The notes beneath the pieces are model-generated. The model worked only from the letters and a program-made list of their open reading frames with translations, did not search any database and was not told the origin of the DNA. DNA of 44,986 bases from Leptolyngbyaceae cyanobacterium (GTDB lineage Bacteria; Cyanobacteriota; Cyanobacteriia; Phormidesmidales; Phormidesmidaceae). The translations under genes and the position numbers were made by a program. The DNA lies in the NCBI GenBank assembly GCA_050331235.1, contig JBHJHA010000065.1, positions 1 to 44,986 of the forward strand, given 5' to 3'. Below, in pieces: positions 31,028-41,601 of the stretch; the first letter of the stretch is position 1, and the number at the start of each line of letters is the position of its first letter.

Positions 31028-31127
31028 AGATCACTTGAGGAGGGTCGCGGCTCAGACCCGTGAGCCCCGTATTCAAAACCATGGTTTCGCCGCTACCCAC
31101 AATGGTTATAGGCTTGGAGAAGCCTCT

Positions 31128-31171
31128 ATATCCTAAAAGATAATGTCGATATCCTAAAAGATAATGTCGAT
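31128..31171. repeat. Perfect 21-bp tandem duplication
   Basis: ATATCCTAAAAGATAATGTCG at 31128 and 31149. Confidence 0.9.
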
Positions 31172-31502
31172 GGTGGTTGGGCAAGCTAAGTAAACAACGA
31201 CTTAGCAGTCAAACCTACGCTGCGATCGCGTTTTCAATGACCGATTCGAGCAACCGATACTGCCTCAGGTCGTTGAGAGAAGACCATTGTTCTCAAGTCC
31301 CATTGGTGCCATCTACAAAATTTCATCCGCTCTCATCCCGAATCGCTAAAACTTCGCTACTATTTGCTTGAAAATCCTGCTTCATCAGGGATGGCAATTG
31401 CTACGCTAGTGAAATGGCAATCTTTGCCAGCAGTTGCATGTGCAAGCGCTAGTTCGGAATTGTTGACTAGCGAACTGCATTTTTACCGCATAGGAGTCAA
31501 CC

Positions 31503-32048
31503 GTGGCAACGCACAAAATTTTAGTCATTGATGATAGTCGCGTGATTCGCATGCGCGTTCGAGACATGCTGCCCCAGGGAAACTTTGAAGTCCTAGAGGC
31601 CAAAGATGGTGTTGAAGGTCTCAACGCCATTCGCGAACAGCGCCCCAATCTCATCATGCTGGACTTTTTGCTGCCCCGGCTCAGCGGTTGGGAAGTCTTT
31701 CAGGAAGTGCAGGCTCAGCCCGAGCTCCAGCATATTCCCTTAGTCTTAATGTCGGGTCGGAAGGAAGAGGTCACGGAGAAGATTACTGAACCGTTCGAGT
31801 TTTTTGAGTTTATTCAGAAGCCCTTTGAACAAAAGGAGCTGATTGAAGCCATCAAAAAGGCCATGACCAAAGCTCGTAAACCTCGGCCCAAGGCGGTTTC
31901 TACAGCGGCTGCCGTTGATCCGGGGGGAAGCGATAGCGCTGAAGTACAAGCGCTGAAAGCGAAGGTCGCTAAGTTAGAAACCGAAGTGGCACAGCTTAAA
32001 ACACAAACTTCCAAAATTTTGGCCTTCATCAAACAAAAACTGCGTTAA
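31503..32048 (+). CDS. CheY-like response regulator with C-terminal coiled coil
   Basis: VIDDS...MLDFLLP...MSG...KPF receiver, then EVQALKAKVAKLETEVAQLK heptads; AGGAG SD before GTG. Confidence 0.92.
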   Translation: MATHKILVIDDSRVIRMRVRDMLPQGNFEVLEAKDGVEGLNAIREQRPNLIMLDFLLPRLSGWEVFQEVQAQPELQHIPLVLMSGRKEEVTEKITEPFEFFEFIQKPFEQKELIEAIKKAMTKARKPRPKAVSTAAAVDPGGSDSAEVQALKAKVAKLETEVAQLKTQTSKILAFIKQKLR

Positions 32049-32100
32049 GCAACAACCAGGCGCCGTCAAGGTAAGACTGATTACCAAAATCCTTCCATAG

Positions 32101-32136
32101 ACCGCTATTTCGGATTGATACCCAAAAAATAGCGGT
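32101..32136. terminator. Stem-loop between convergent response regulator and rimO
   Basis: ACCGCTATTT...AAATAGCGGT followed by TTCTT. Confidence 0.5.
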
Positions 32137-32289
32137 TTCTTCATGTTTTGGCGTGGCTGATACTGGGTGTGCACGACGAAACCGGAGACCCGGCCACTCA
32201 GAAGGCAGAGGGAGCGCCTCGCCCACACCTGTCTCACACCGTCAAATTCCGCCCTCGCTTAAGCTGGGGCGATGTTTGAGCCAGCACAC

Positions 32290-33615
32290 TTACCGGCAAA
32301 TGGTCCCATAGAGATCGTAGACATCGGCTGACTCGATTTGAGCTTTGGCCAGCTGCCCCAGTGCAGCCTGACCTTTGAGATAAATCAGCCCATCGACATC
32401 AGGGGCAAACCTCGCAGAGCGGCCAATCATATCTCCATTGGCAGGATTCACCTGCTCGACTAAAACGTCTACTACTTTACCCACTGCCGCTTGGTTTTTA
32501 CGTAGGGAAATTGGCTGCTGGGCCTGCATCAGGTGATCGCGTCGCGCCTGCATCATGGCTGGCGGTACCTGACCGGGTAAGACTGCCGCCGGCGTTCCCG
32601 CTTCTGCAGAATAGGTAAACACACCGACATGGTCAAACTCGTGGCGTTCGATAAAGGCCAATAAATGCTCGAAATGTTCGTCTGTCTCCCCTGGGAAACC
32701 AACGATAAAGGTGGTGCGCATGATGGCCTCGGGCAGCGCCGCCTTGATGGACTGAATAATGTCATCGTTGACTCGGCCTTGCCAGGGACGATTCATTGCT
32801 CGCAAAATCTCAGGGTGCGAATGCTGTAAGGGCAAGTCCAAGTAAGGCAAAACGTTAGGTACCGCTCTGATCGCCTGAATCACCTGGGGAGTCAGCCCCG
32901 TTGGATAGGCATAGTGCATCCGAATCCAGGGGACATCCACTTCACCCAGGGCATAGAGGAGCTCTGCTAACTGTGGCTTTCCATAAATATCTACTCCATA
33001 GTTGGTGGTGATCTGCGAGATCAGTACCAACTCTTGCACGCCCTCAGCCGCTAGCTGCTGTGCCTCAGCGACAATAGACTCAATAGGACGCGATCGCTGA
33101 TCGCCTCGCAGGTGAGGGATGATGCAAAAGGCACAGCGATAGTTACATCCCTCCGCGATCCGGATATAGGCCGTGCCCTCTGCGGTCGTGCGATATCGGG
33201 GAACAGTTTCGTCAGCGATATATGTCGGTTCAGCTGAGACCTCTTTAACACGCTCACCCGCCTCTGCCCGTTGAATGACTTCAACAATTTTGTGGTAGTC
33301 ACCAGTGCCGACTAAAGCCACGGCCTCAGGAATTTCCTGCAGCAGCTCTTCCTGAAAATGCTGCGCCAGACACCCGGTAATCACAATTTTCTTCTTCGCT
33401 TCGGCCAGCTCAACCAGTGTCCGCACCGATTCCTCACGGGCTGACTCAATAAAACTGCAGGTATTAACGATGACATAGTCGGCCAGCGCCTCATTAGAAT
33501 CGACACCATACCCTGCTTGCACCAGCAAACCCAGCATGTGTTCTGTATCCACGCGATTTTTCTCGCATCCCAAGTGAGTGATGGCAATGGTCGGTTGAGC
33601 GGTAGCGGCAGTCAT
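32290..33615 (-). CDS. rimO: Ribosomal protein S12 methylthiotransferase
   Basis: [38 protein letters not shown] and TRAM domain. Confidence 0.97.
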   Translation of the reverse strand: MTAATAQPTIAITHLGCEKNRVDTEHMLGLLVQAGYGVDSNEALADYVIVNTCSFIESAREESVRTLVELAEAKKKIVITGCLAQHFQEELLQEIPEAVALVGTGDYHKIVEVIQRAEAGERVKEVSAEPTYIADETVPRYRTTAEGTAYIRIAEGCNYRCAFCIIPHLRGDQRSRPIESIVAEAQQLAAEGVQELVLISQITTNYGVDIYGKPQLAELLYALGEVDVPWIRMHYAYPTGLTPQVIQAIRAVPNVLPYLDLPLQHSHPEILRAMNRPWQGRVNDDIIQSIKAALPEAIMRTTFIVGFPGETDEHFEHLLAFIERHEFDHVGVFTYSAEAGTPAAVLPGQVPPAMMQARRDHLMQAQQPISLRKNQAAVGKVVDVLVEQVNPANGDMIGRSARFAPDVDGLIYLKGQAALGQLAKAQIESADVYDLYGTICR

Positions 33616-33906
33616 AGGCGATAAATCGGATGGTTAAGATTCAAAAACTCTAGGTCATCTCTCCAGCTCAGCAGCCTGAAATTTTCGTAGGCTGTTGCAT
33701 GCCACGATGGCAAACCTTCATTGTAAACCTTATTTTTGACTTTAGGGACTGCCATGGAGCAAGCAGCATCTTGACCAGGTTAGCCGCGTTTCTTAAATGG
33801 TCCCGCAGGAATGAGACCCCTTAGGGTAAATTGGGATAGAGACAAATGGCGTCCCAGCCACGATGCTTTTTGACGACTTAGTTTGCGCATTCGAGACCAG
33901 TTTCAC

Positions 33907-34752
33907 GTGAGTTTAACGACGATATTTAAGACTGCAGCCCCGGTCATTGGCGTTGTGCATCTGCTGCCGTTACCAACGTCGCCCCAATGGGCAGGGAATT
34001 TGCAGCGGGTCATTGATCGCGCTGAACAGGAGGCAACCGCTTTGGCCTCTGGGGGAGTGCATGGCATCATTGTAGAAAATTTTTTTGATGCTCCCTTTAC
34101 CAAGGGACCAGTTGACCCAGCGGTGGTCAGCGCCATGAGTCTCATTGTGCAACGACTGCAGCAGTTAGTTGCGGTGCCCATTGGGGTCAACGTGCTTCGA
34201 AATGACGGCTGCAGTGCCTTGGCAATCGCAACCTGTACCCGCGCGCAATTCATTCGGGTCAACGTGTTGACCGGCGTCATGGCCACTGATCAGGGATTAA
34301 TTGAAGGCTGTGCTTATGATCTCTTACGATATCGCCGTGAGCTCGGTAGTGAGGTCAAGATCTTCGCCGACGTCTTGGTAAAACATGCCCGACCGCTAGG
34401 CTCCCCCAATTTGACGACAGCGGTCCAAGAAACGATTGATCGAGGTTTAGCCGATGGCATTATTCTGTCAGGATGGGCCACGGGCAGTCCACCTAGCTTT
34501 GAAGACCTGGAGCTGGCCAAAGCCGCCGCTAAAGATACCCCCGTCTTAATTGGCAGTGGTGCCAGTTGGGAAAATATTGGCAAACTGATTCAATCAGCTG
34601 AGGGCGTCATTGTTGCGAGTTCTTTAAAACGCAAGGGCGATATCAAACAGCCCATTGACCCCATCAAAGTCCGTCACTTCGTTGAATCGCTCGAGGCTGG
34701 TATTGCTATCAGAGCATCTACCAGCGACTATCACCCGCTCACGGCAACATAG
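33907..34752 (+). CDS. btpA: Photosystem I biogenesis protein BtpA
   Basis: IGVVHLLPLPTSP, ENFFDAPF, NVLRND, DQGLIEG, DVLVKHA; GTG start at 33907. Confidence 0.95.
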   Translation: MSLTTIFKTAAPVIGVVHLLPLPTSPQWAGNLQRVIDRAEQEATALASGGVHGIIVENFFDAPFTKGPVDPAVVSAMSLIVQRLQQLVAVPIGVNVLRNDGCSALAIATCTRAQFIRVNVLTGVMATDQGLIEGCAYDLLRYRRELGSEVKIFADVLVKHARPLGSPNLTTAVQETIDRGLADGIILSGWATGSPPSFEDLELAKAAAKDTPVLIGSGASWENIGKLIQSAEGVIVASSLKRKGDIKQPIDPIKVRHFVESLEAGIAIRASTSDYHPLTAT

Positions 34753-34924
34753 TTTGCGACGATGGCAGACATAGCCAGTAGTCAGGATAGCGCATCGTTG
34801 TCGGCAGCCGCCCTGCTAGGTTCGAGGCGATGTCTCTGCCTTATCGGTTCTGTATAGGCAGTCACCGTGCCCGTAGGATAATTTTTGGTAGATGCTGTAG
34901 GTCTGCGAAATCTAAGGGTAGAAA

Positions 34925-35656
34925 ATGCTGACAGTATCCACACAACCGAACTTTGACTCTGTATCTGCTCAAGCCGAGCGCGTCTTGCTGTTTGCTGACA
35001 ATCTATATAAGTGCTTTGTTTTGCACCATCAGGGAGGCGTCAGGTTACCCGTGCTGCAAGGAGTGTCCTTAGCCGTGGAGGCGGGCACTTGTGTTGCGCT
35101 ACAGGGGGCATCCGGTTCAGGAAAATCGACTTTTATGCGATCGCTTTATGCCAACTATCGCATCGACGCAGGGGCGATCTGGGTTAAACACCTGGGGCAG
35201 TGGGTGGAGCTGTCGGGGCTAGCCCCCCACGAACTCATGGCCGTGAGACAGCGCACGATGGGTTACGTTAGTCAGTTTCTGCGCGTAATTCCCCGCGTGC
35301 CGGCCCTAGAGATTGCAGCAGAACCTCTAATTGATCAAGGCGTAGAGCCCGCCACCGCCACCGCAAAAATCATCGAATTGTTTCAGCGATTGCATTTACC
35401 AGAGCGACTTTGGCATTTGTCGCCGACAACCTTTTCTGGTGGTGAAAAGCAACGGGTCAATATTGCCCGGGCTTTTGCAGTGAACTATCCAGTGCTGCTG
35501 TTGGATGAGCCGACCTCAGCACTGGATGCGGCCAATCGAGAGGTCGTGATGCAACTCATTGAGGAACGAAAAAGCCAGGGATGTGCCATGGTGGGCATTT
35601 TTCATGACGATGAGGTGTGTCAGCGCGTCAGCGATCGCGGATTAAGGTTTGGCTGA
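34925..35656 (+). CDS. phnL: C-P lyase system ATPase PhnL
   Basis: K.F.LHHQGG..LPV, GSGKS, YANY, GYVSQFLRVIPRV, LPERLW.L.P.TFSGGEKQRVNIAR, GIFHD. Confidence 0.93.
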   Translation: MLTVSTQPNFDSVSAQAERVLLFADNLYKCFVLHHQGGVRLPVLQGVSLAVEAGTCVALQGASGSGKSTFMRSLYANYRIDAGAIWVKHLGQWVELSGLAPHELMAVRQRTMGYVSQFLRVIPRVPALEIAAEPLIDQGVEPATATAKIIELFQRLHLPERLWHLSPTTFSGGEKQRVNIARAFAVNYPVLLLDEPTSALDAANREVVMQLIEERKSQGCAMVGIFHDDEVCQRVSDRGLRFG

Positions 35657-35778
35657 TGCCCACCGTGCAAGGCCGTTAGGGCCTAGTGGGAGTCAACCCC
35701 AATCAGTTCTGACCAGGAGAGCGGGCCTCCTTGTCGGACCTCTGACCAACCAACATCATCGGCTGGACAAACAGCCGC

Positions 35779-38409
35779 CTAGCTATCTTCCTCCGTCGAG
35801 TCAGAGCCTTGAGCATCGACAGTGATGATGTCGGTATCCGGTGCTACTACAGTTCCAGGCTCAATATCGGCAGGGCTATCGGCGTCATCGTCATCGGTCA
35901 GCTCAGAAGGAACTACCGCAACTGCCGCGATCTCGTCGTCATCATCGAGCCGCTGCAACCGGACTCCTTGGGCAGAGCGAGATTGAATCGAGATATCGTT
36001 AACCCGTTGACGGATGATGATGCCGCGATTAGTCACCAGCATGAGCTCTTCGTCTTCATTCACGACCAATACGGCAACCAGAGAGTCTTCGTCTAAACGG
36101 AACTTTAGAGCTTTCAGTCCCATTCCAGCCCGATTTTGGAGCCGGAAACGCGATACGGGCACACGCTTGCCCATGCCGCCTGCCGTAATGGTCAGGATCC
36201 AGGGTCCTTGGCTGTTGTCAGCGACATCGTCGGAATCTTCCTCAGCATCGTCAATGGCTTCGGCCGCTTCGACGGCATGGGTGACTTGGGCCGGTAAGAT
36301 ATCCATGCTGATGAGCTCATCGCCATCCCGAAGATTCATCGCCTTAACGCCGCGAGTAGGTCGCCCCAAAGCCCGCAGCTGATCATTGTCCGCTTTAAAG
36401 TGGATCGTCATGCCCTGGCGCGAGCCAATCAGTACGCTGTCGCTGGTGCGAGCTAGCCGTATCCAGCGCAGTTGATCACCTTCCTCGAGCGAAATCGCAA
36501 TGAGACCATTGGCACGAATATTGCTGAAGGCCGACAGCGCGGTTTTTTTGACATACCCATTTTGGGTAAGCATCACCAGATATTCATCATCGGTGAATTC
36601 TTCGACCGAAATTACAGAGGTGATTTTTTCCTCTTTGGGGATGGGCAGCAGCTGGACGATGGGGACACCTTGGGACGTGCGCGACCCCTCAGGCAGTTGA
36701 TAAGCCCGCAGAGAGTAAGCAACTCCGCGATCGCTGAAAAAGACAATGTGGTCATGACAGCCACAGGTCATGAAATGCTGAATGCCATCATCTTCTTTGA
36801 TGCGAGCGCCTGCCTTGCCACGGGTGGCCCGGCTTTGGGCTTCAAAGGTATCGACTGGCATGCGCTTAATGTAGCCATACTCAGTGACCAAGATAACGAC
36901 CTGCTCATTGGCAATGAGCGAAATATCGGAAATATCACTGGTGTCAGGCTCAATCACTGTACGTCGCTCATTGCCGAAGCGATCGCGCAGCGCTTCGACT
37001 TCATCCACAATAATGTCAAGAATGCGCTCACGACGGGCTAGGATATCGCGAAAGTCAGTAATCTTGACCTGGAGGTCTTCGTGTTCCTGCTGGATTTTGT
37101 CGGTTTCTAAGGCAGTTAAACGACGCAGCTGCATCTGCAAGATGGCATCGGCTTGGGCTTCTGTGAGGCCATAGCCATCGATGAGCCCCTGCTTAGCGGT
37201 CGGCGTATCGGCGGCATGGCGAATCAGAGTAATGATGGAGTCCATGTTGTCCATGGCGATCAAATATCCCTGCAGGATGTGATCGCGCTCCTCCGCTTTG
37301 CGCAGGAGGTACTGGGTACGGCGGGTAATCGTTTCAACCCGGAAGTCAACAAATACTTCTAGCATTTGCTTCAGGCCGAGCAGCTGCGGCTCACCATTCA
37401 CCAGGGCTAACATATTGACGCCGAAGTTGTTTTGTAGCGGCGTTTGCTTGTAAAGGTTGTTCAACACGACACGGGCATAAGCATCCCGCTTAAGCTCAAT
37501 CACGATCCGCATGCCATCGCGATCGCTCTCATCTCGAATGTCGGAAATTCCGTCCAATCGCCGTTCGTTGACCATTTCCGCAATCTTTTCAATCATCGCT
37601 GCCTTATTGGTCTGATAAGGCAGCTCAGTGATGACAATGGCATCTCGATCCGGACGACCACGCTGCTCAATCGTTTCAATATTGGCAACCCCCCGCATCG
37701 TGACAGACCCCCGCCCGGTCGTGTAAGCATCGCGGATGCCTCGGGTCCCTAAAATTTGAGCCCCAGTGGGAAAGTCTGGTCCGGGAATCAGAGCCATCAG
37801 CTCATCCAAGGTAATCTCGGGATTGCGTACCAGAGCGACTACACCGTCTAGCAACTCACTGAGATTATGCGGAGGAATATTCGTTGCCATCCCCACCGCA
37901 ATTCCCGAGGAGCCGTTGAGCAACAGCTGGGGCACCCGCGAGGGCATGACAATAGGTTCCTGCTGGGACCCGTCAAAGTTGTCGGCAAAGTCAACGGTAT
38001 CAGCTTCGATATCTTGCAACAGCGATTCGCTGGTGAGGGCCTGCAGGCGACATTCGGTATATCGCATGGCCGCGGGCGGGTCGTTGTCAATGGAGCCAAA
38101 GTTGCCGTGGCCGTTAATCAGCGGAGCCCGCATGGAAAAGTCTTGAGCCATGCGCACGAGGGCATCGTAAACGGCGGTGTCGCCGTGGGGATGATATTTA
38201 CCTAAAACCTCTCCGACGACACGGGCACATTTCCGAAACGGACGGTCAAACGTCAAACCGAGTTCGTGCATGGCGTACAAAATACGCCGATGCACGGGCT
38301 TTAAGCCGTCTCTGGCGTCTGGCAAGGCGCGCCCCACAATCACGCTCATGGCGTACTCTAGGTAAGACCGGGACATTTCGTTCCTTAGGTCGGTGGGGAT
38401 GATCGTCAT
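35779..38409 (-). CDS. gyrA: DNA gyrase subunit A
   Basis: [35 protein letters not shown], GyrA-box-like QSRATRG, beta-pinwheel repeats, acidic tail. Confidence 0.98.
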   Translation of the reverse strand: MTIIPTDLRNEMSRSYLEYAMSVIVGRALPDARDGLKPVHRRILYAMHELGLTFDRPFRKCARVVGEVLGKYHPHGDTAVYDALVRMAQDFSMRAPLINGHGNFGSIDNDPPAAMRYTECRLQALTSESLLQDIEADTVDFADNFDGSQQEPIVMPSRVPQLLLNGSSGIAVGMATNIPPHNLSELLDGVVALVRNPEITLDELMALIPGPDFPTGAQILGTRGIRDAYTTGRGSVTMRGVANIETIEQRGRPDRDAIVITELPYQTNKAAMIEKIAEMVNERRLDGISDIRDESDRDGMRIVIELKRDAYARVVLNNLYKQTPLQNNFGVNMLALVNGEPQLLGLKQMLEVFVDFRVETITRRTQYLLRKAEERDHILQGYLIAMDNMDSIITLIRHAADTPTAKQGLIDGYGLTEAQADAILQMQLRRLTALETDKIQQEHEDLQVKITDFRDILARRERILDIIVDEVEALRDRFGNERRTVIEPDTSDISDISLIANEQVVILVTEYGYIKRMPVDTFEAQSRATRGKAGARIKEDDGIQHFMTCGCHDHIVFFSDRGVAYSLRAYQLPEGSRTSQGVPIVQLLPIPKEEKITSVISVEEFTDDEYLVMLTQNGYVKKTALSAFSNIRANGLIAISLEEGDQLRWIRLARTSDSVLIGSRQGMTIHFKADNDQLRALGRPTRGVKAMNLRDGDELISMDILPAQVTHAVEAAEAIDDAEEDSDDVADNSQGPWILTITAGGMGKRVPVSRFRLQNRAGMGLKALKFRLDEDSLVAVLVVNEDEELMLVTNRGIIIRQRVNDISIQSRSAQGVRLQRLDDDDEIAAVAVVPSELTDDDDADSPADIEPGTVVAPDTDIITVDAQGSDSTEEDS

Positions 38410-38604
38410 AGGGTAAAAGGCTCCAAAGTCGCCGCATTTTAGCCAGCGTTACGAGGGTGAATCGTTACCGATAACAATGACTAAACCGGTCGAAAAATTA
38501 GTACGAACGTAATCACCATTTTATCACGCTTTCCAGGGTTGCTTGGGTCAGCGGTATGCTATGGAGGCAGACGTTCACAACTGCTGTAGCGGTATTTTTA
38601 GCCG

Positions 38605-39555
38605 ATGTCTTCTCACGTAACGATCCTCTACACGGACGAGTTTTTAGAGCACGAAACGGGACAACTGCATCCTGAGAATGCGGGGCGACTGGTGGCTGTC
38701 GTGCAAGCGCTGAAATCAGCTCCATGGGCGGCGGCACTCAACTGGCAGGCACCAACCTCCATCAGCGATCGCGACCCCTTACCTATGGTGGGGCAGATCC
38801 ACCATCCGCAGTATATTGCCGCCTTGCTGCACCTGGCGGCGACTGGCGGTGGAGCCCTCGATCCTGATACGACCGTGTCGCCCCGCAGCTTGGCCGTAGC
38901 GCTGCGAGCAGTGAATGCCTGGCTAGATGGGGTGGACTGCGTTTGGCAACGGCACCAATCGGCCTTTGTGCTGTCTCGTCCCCCAGGACATCACGCTGTG
39001 CGCGATCGCGGCATGGGCTTTTGCTTATTGGGCAACGCCGCGATCGCGGCTCACTATGCGCTGCAGCAGCCTGGCCTTCGGCGCGTGGCAATCTTAGATT
39101 GGGATGTCCACCATGGCAATGGCACCCAAGCGCTAGTGGAAAATCATCCTGACATCGCCTACTGTTCGCTGCACCAGTCACCGGCCTATCCGGGGACGGG
39201 CTATGCCAGCGAGACTGGTTTTCACGATAATGTGCTGAATATTCCGATGTCACCGGGTAGCACCCTAGCGGCCTACCAGCCACAGTTTGAAACAGCGGTC
39301 GTCCCTTTTTTGCAGCGGTTCCACCCGGATTTACTCATTGTGAGCGCTGGGTACGATGCCAACCACGCAGATCCCCTGGCGGGGATGGCCCTGCAGCCAC
39401 CCGACTATGAGATTTTGACCCGCTATTGCCGACAGATCCAGCCCCAGATTTTGTTCGGACTCGAAGGCGGCTACGACTACAAAGCGCTGGCGCAATCGGT
39501 AGTGGCGACAGTGGCTGCCAGTTTAGAACCGCAACCATTATCAACCCCAGCGTAA
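38605..39555 (+). CDS. Zn-dependent histone deacetylase family protein
   Basis: HPE...R, RPPGHHA, GFC, DWDVHHGNGTQ, SAGYDA..DP, LEGGY. Confidence 0.95.
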   Translation: MSSHVTILYTDEFLEHETGQLHPENAGRLVAVVQALKSAPWAAALNWQAPTSISDRDPLPMVGQIHHPQYIAALLHLAATGGGALDPDTTVSPRSLAVALRAVNAWLDGVDCVWQRHQSAFVLSRPPGHHAVRDRGMGFCLLGNAAIAAHYALQQPGLRRVAILDWDVHHGNGTQALVENHPDIAYCSLHQSPAYPGTGYASETGFHDNVLNIPMSPGSTLAAYQPQFETAVVPFLQRFHPDLLIVSAGYDANHADPLAGMALQPPDYEILTRYCRQIQPQILFGLEGGYDYKALAQSVVATVAASLEPQPLSTPA

Positions 39556-39636
39556 CTGGGGCCAGGCGAAGGCACGGCAGCCAGTGCCCCCCCTGTGATA
39601 TGGCACTGACCCGCCCTCGACCCTGCCTCGTGTAGA

Positions 39637-40140
39637 TCAATCAGTGCCGCCCCAAGTCCAGCGGGGGTTGCCGTCGCGGAGTCCGCCAAAGAGCAGAGTA
39701 GCTGTATAGCCGTTAGCATCAGAGATGCCGGTCATATCGAGCGTGGCCGTAACCTGACCATCCATGAGTTGAACTTGGAGGTATGAGTGCCCCTCATAGG
39801 TCACGTCGTCGATGACATCAATGATGGCCGATCCTTCACAGTTACGAAATTCTGAGTTGAGGGTAGCGGTCCAGGTAGTGCTAAAACCGTCAGATTGCAC
39901 AACCCGCACGTTATTGGCAATCTCTCGGAGCTTAATCATGCCATCAGTTGAGTAGCTGCCCTCTGTATAAGGACGGGGTGTTTCGTGGGCAATGAGCTGC
40001 GCTGGACATTGACCCGTGGAGTCAACTGTCGGTAATACGGTGAGCTGCATCGTGGTCGCGAGGGCGGTTGCGCCTAAACTTGATAGCAGCGTCAGGGGTA
40101 GGCTCCCTAGGAGCGATCGCTGTAATTGTTGGGATTGCAT
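39637..40140 (-). CDS. Hypothetical exported protein
   Basis: Signal-peptide-like N-terminus, two Cys, C-terminal GNPRWTWGGTD. Confidence 0.7.
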   Translation of the reverse strand: MQSQQLQRSLLGSLPLTLLSSLGATALATTMQLTVLPTVDSTGQCPAQLIAHETPRPYTEGSYSTDGMIKLREIANNVRVVQSDGFSTTWTATLNSEFRNCEGSAIIDVIDDVTYEGHSYLQVQLMDGQVTATLDMTGISDANGYTATLLFGGLRDGNPRWTWGGTD

Positions 40141-40289
40141 ATGTCTGGGTGATCGTAAAGAGCAGTTATGACATCAGGGAGCGCGAGGGACTTTGCGGAA
40201 CTACGTTATTGAGTGTCAACTTTTACGTTGAGGTCAGGGTCACTGTAAAATCCGCTTTCTAGAATGACAGGTAGGTAGACTTTTAGGCG

Positions 40290-41024
40290 GTGCCAATGCA
40301 GCCTCCAGCGCCAGGGCAAGAAGCGCAGCGACTCAGCGCTCTACATGAATATGAGATTTTAGACACCCCTGGGGAGCAATCTTACGATGACATTACGGCA
40401 ATGGCGGCGTTCATTTGCGACGTGCCGATCGCCCTCATCAGCTTGGTGGATCAGCACCGCCAATGGTTCAAATCAAAAATTGGCATCAACCTCAAAGAAA
40501 CGCAACGCAATATCTCTTTCTGCGCACACGCAATTTTAGATCAGCAAACCATGGTGGTTTCTGACGCGCACAATGATGAGCGCTTTGCTAATAATCCTTT
40601 GGTGACGGGGATTCCCCATCTACGGTTTTACGCCGGTGCTCCTCTGATGACACCCTCTGGTCAAACAATTGGGACCCTGTGCGTGTTAGACATTCGTCCA
40701 CGGGAGCTATCGCCCAAGCAAATTGCAATGCTAGAGGCACTGGCCCGTCAAACGGTGATACAGCTAGAGCTCCGGCGAACGTCGTCGCAGTTAGCGGAAG
40801 CCCTAGCCACCATGAAGCTTATCGAGGGGTTGATTCCCATTTGTTCATACTGCAAAGGCATTCGCAATGACGAGGGCTTTTGGCTCACGGTGGAGAACTT
40901 TATGATGAATCACGCCGATGTGAACTTTACCCACGGAGTCTGTGACAACTGTATGCGGCAGCAGTTTCCCGAAGTCGCCGAACAGCTGCTGGGTCGAGAA
41001 GACTGTATTCCCCCTTCGGCATAA
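40290..41024 (+). CDS. GAF domain protein with C-terminal Cys4 motif
   Basis: E.QRL.AL..Y.ILDT..E..YDD, RQWFKS, SFCAHAI, RFYAGAPL, GTLCVLD; then LIPICSYCK...THGVCDNC. Confidence 0.9.
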   Translation: MPMQPPAPGQEAQRLSALHEYEILDTPGEQSYDDITAMAAFICDVPIALISLVDQHRQWFKSKIGINLKETQRNISFCAHAILDQQTMVVSDAHNDERFANNPLVTGIPHLRFYAGAPLMTPSGQTIGTLCVLDIRPRELSPKQIAMLEALARQTVIQLELRRTSSQLAEALATMKLIEGLIPICSYCKGIRNDEGFWLTVENFMMNHADVNFTHGVCDNCMRQQFPEVAEQLLGREDCIPPSA

Positions 41025-41061
41025 ATTCACCGGCGGGCGCTATCGGTGGCGTGATAACTCC

Positions 41062-41601
41062 TCATCGAAAGATATCGGCTAACCCTTCCAGCGGTTCGAT
41101 AATCTCGGAAATGCGGCTGTAGGTTTCCAGCAGGCGATCGCCCTGCACCACAATGGCAGGGCTTGGATAAACCTGCATGACTTCCAATAGGGTGATTTCG
41201 TTGTCGGTGGAAGCAGCGCCAATCAGCGCAGCACGCATGGCTAAACGACCGGCTTCGCCCGAAGCGGGCTGAATTGTTTCGCTCACGCGATCGAGCATCC
41301 ATTCTCCCGGCGGGGAATTGAGAGCTAAGTCTAATACATTAATATTGGCTGGAATCGGTTCGTTCAAAGCATTGCGCACGGCATTGGGATCCTGTTCAGC
41401 CAGGGTGAGCAACTGCTCGATTTCTCCGGAAGTGTCGCTGCCTTCGGCAAACGCGACTAAGTCGGTCATCGGCACTTCCATGGACAAAAATCCATAGGTG
41501 AGTAAAACGCTGTCAGCGGCGTTGGCAGCACCTATGTGGCTACCAATCCCCCCTAAAAGACCCAGAACAGCAGAAAAAATTAGCGTTAGTTGACGATTCA
41601 T
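41062..41601 (-). CDS. Stand-alone DUF1400-like exported protein
   Basis: Signal peptide, AADSV.L.YG, DL..FA..G, GE..L..VS..I, AMRAALI.AA, ITLLEV...YP. Confidence 0.8.
   Translation of the reverse strand: MNRQLTLIFSAVLGLLGGIGSHIGAANAADSVLLTYGFLSMEVPMTDLVAFAEGSDTSGEIEQLLTLAEQDPNAVRNALNEPIPANINVLDLALNSPPGEWMLDRVSETIQPASGEAGRLAMRAALIGAASTDNEITLLEVMQVYPSPAIVVQGDRLLETYSRISEIIEPLEGLADIFR

Noticed and set aside
28721..31171. Short direct repeats as CRISPR remnants
   Set aside because: Units are adjacent with no spacers, and no cas genes are present.
36211..36270. Acidic insertion in the GyrA C-terminal domain as an intein
   Set aside because: About 20 aa, low complexity, no splicing motifs.
35809..38205. 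Many plus-strand ORFs over gyrA, and similar ones over other long genes
   Set aside because: Antisense or alternate-frame artefacts of codon bias.
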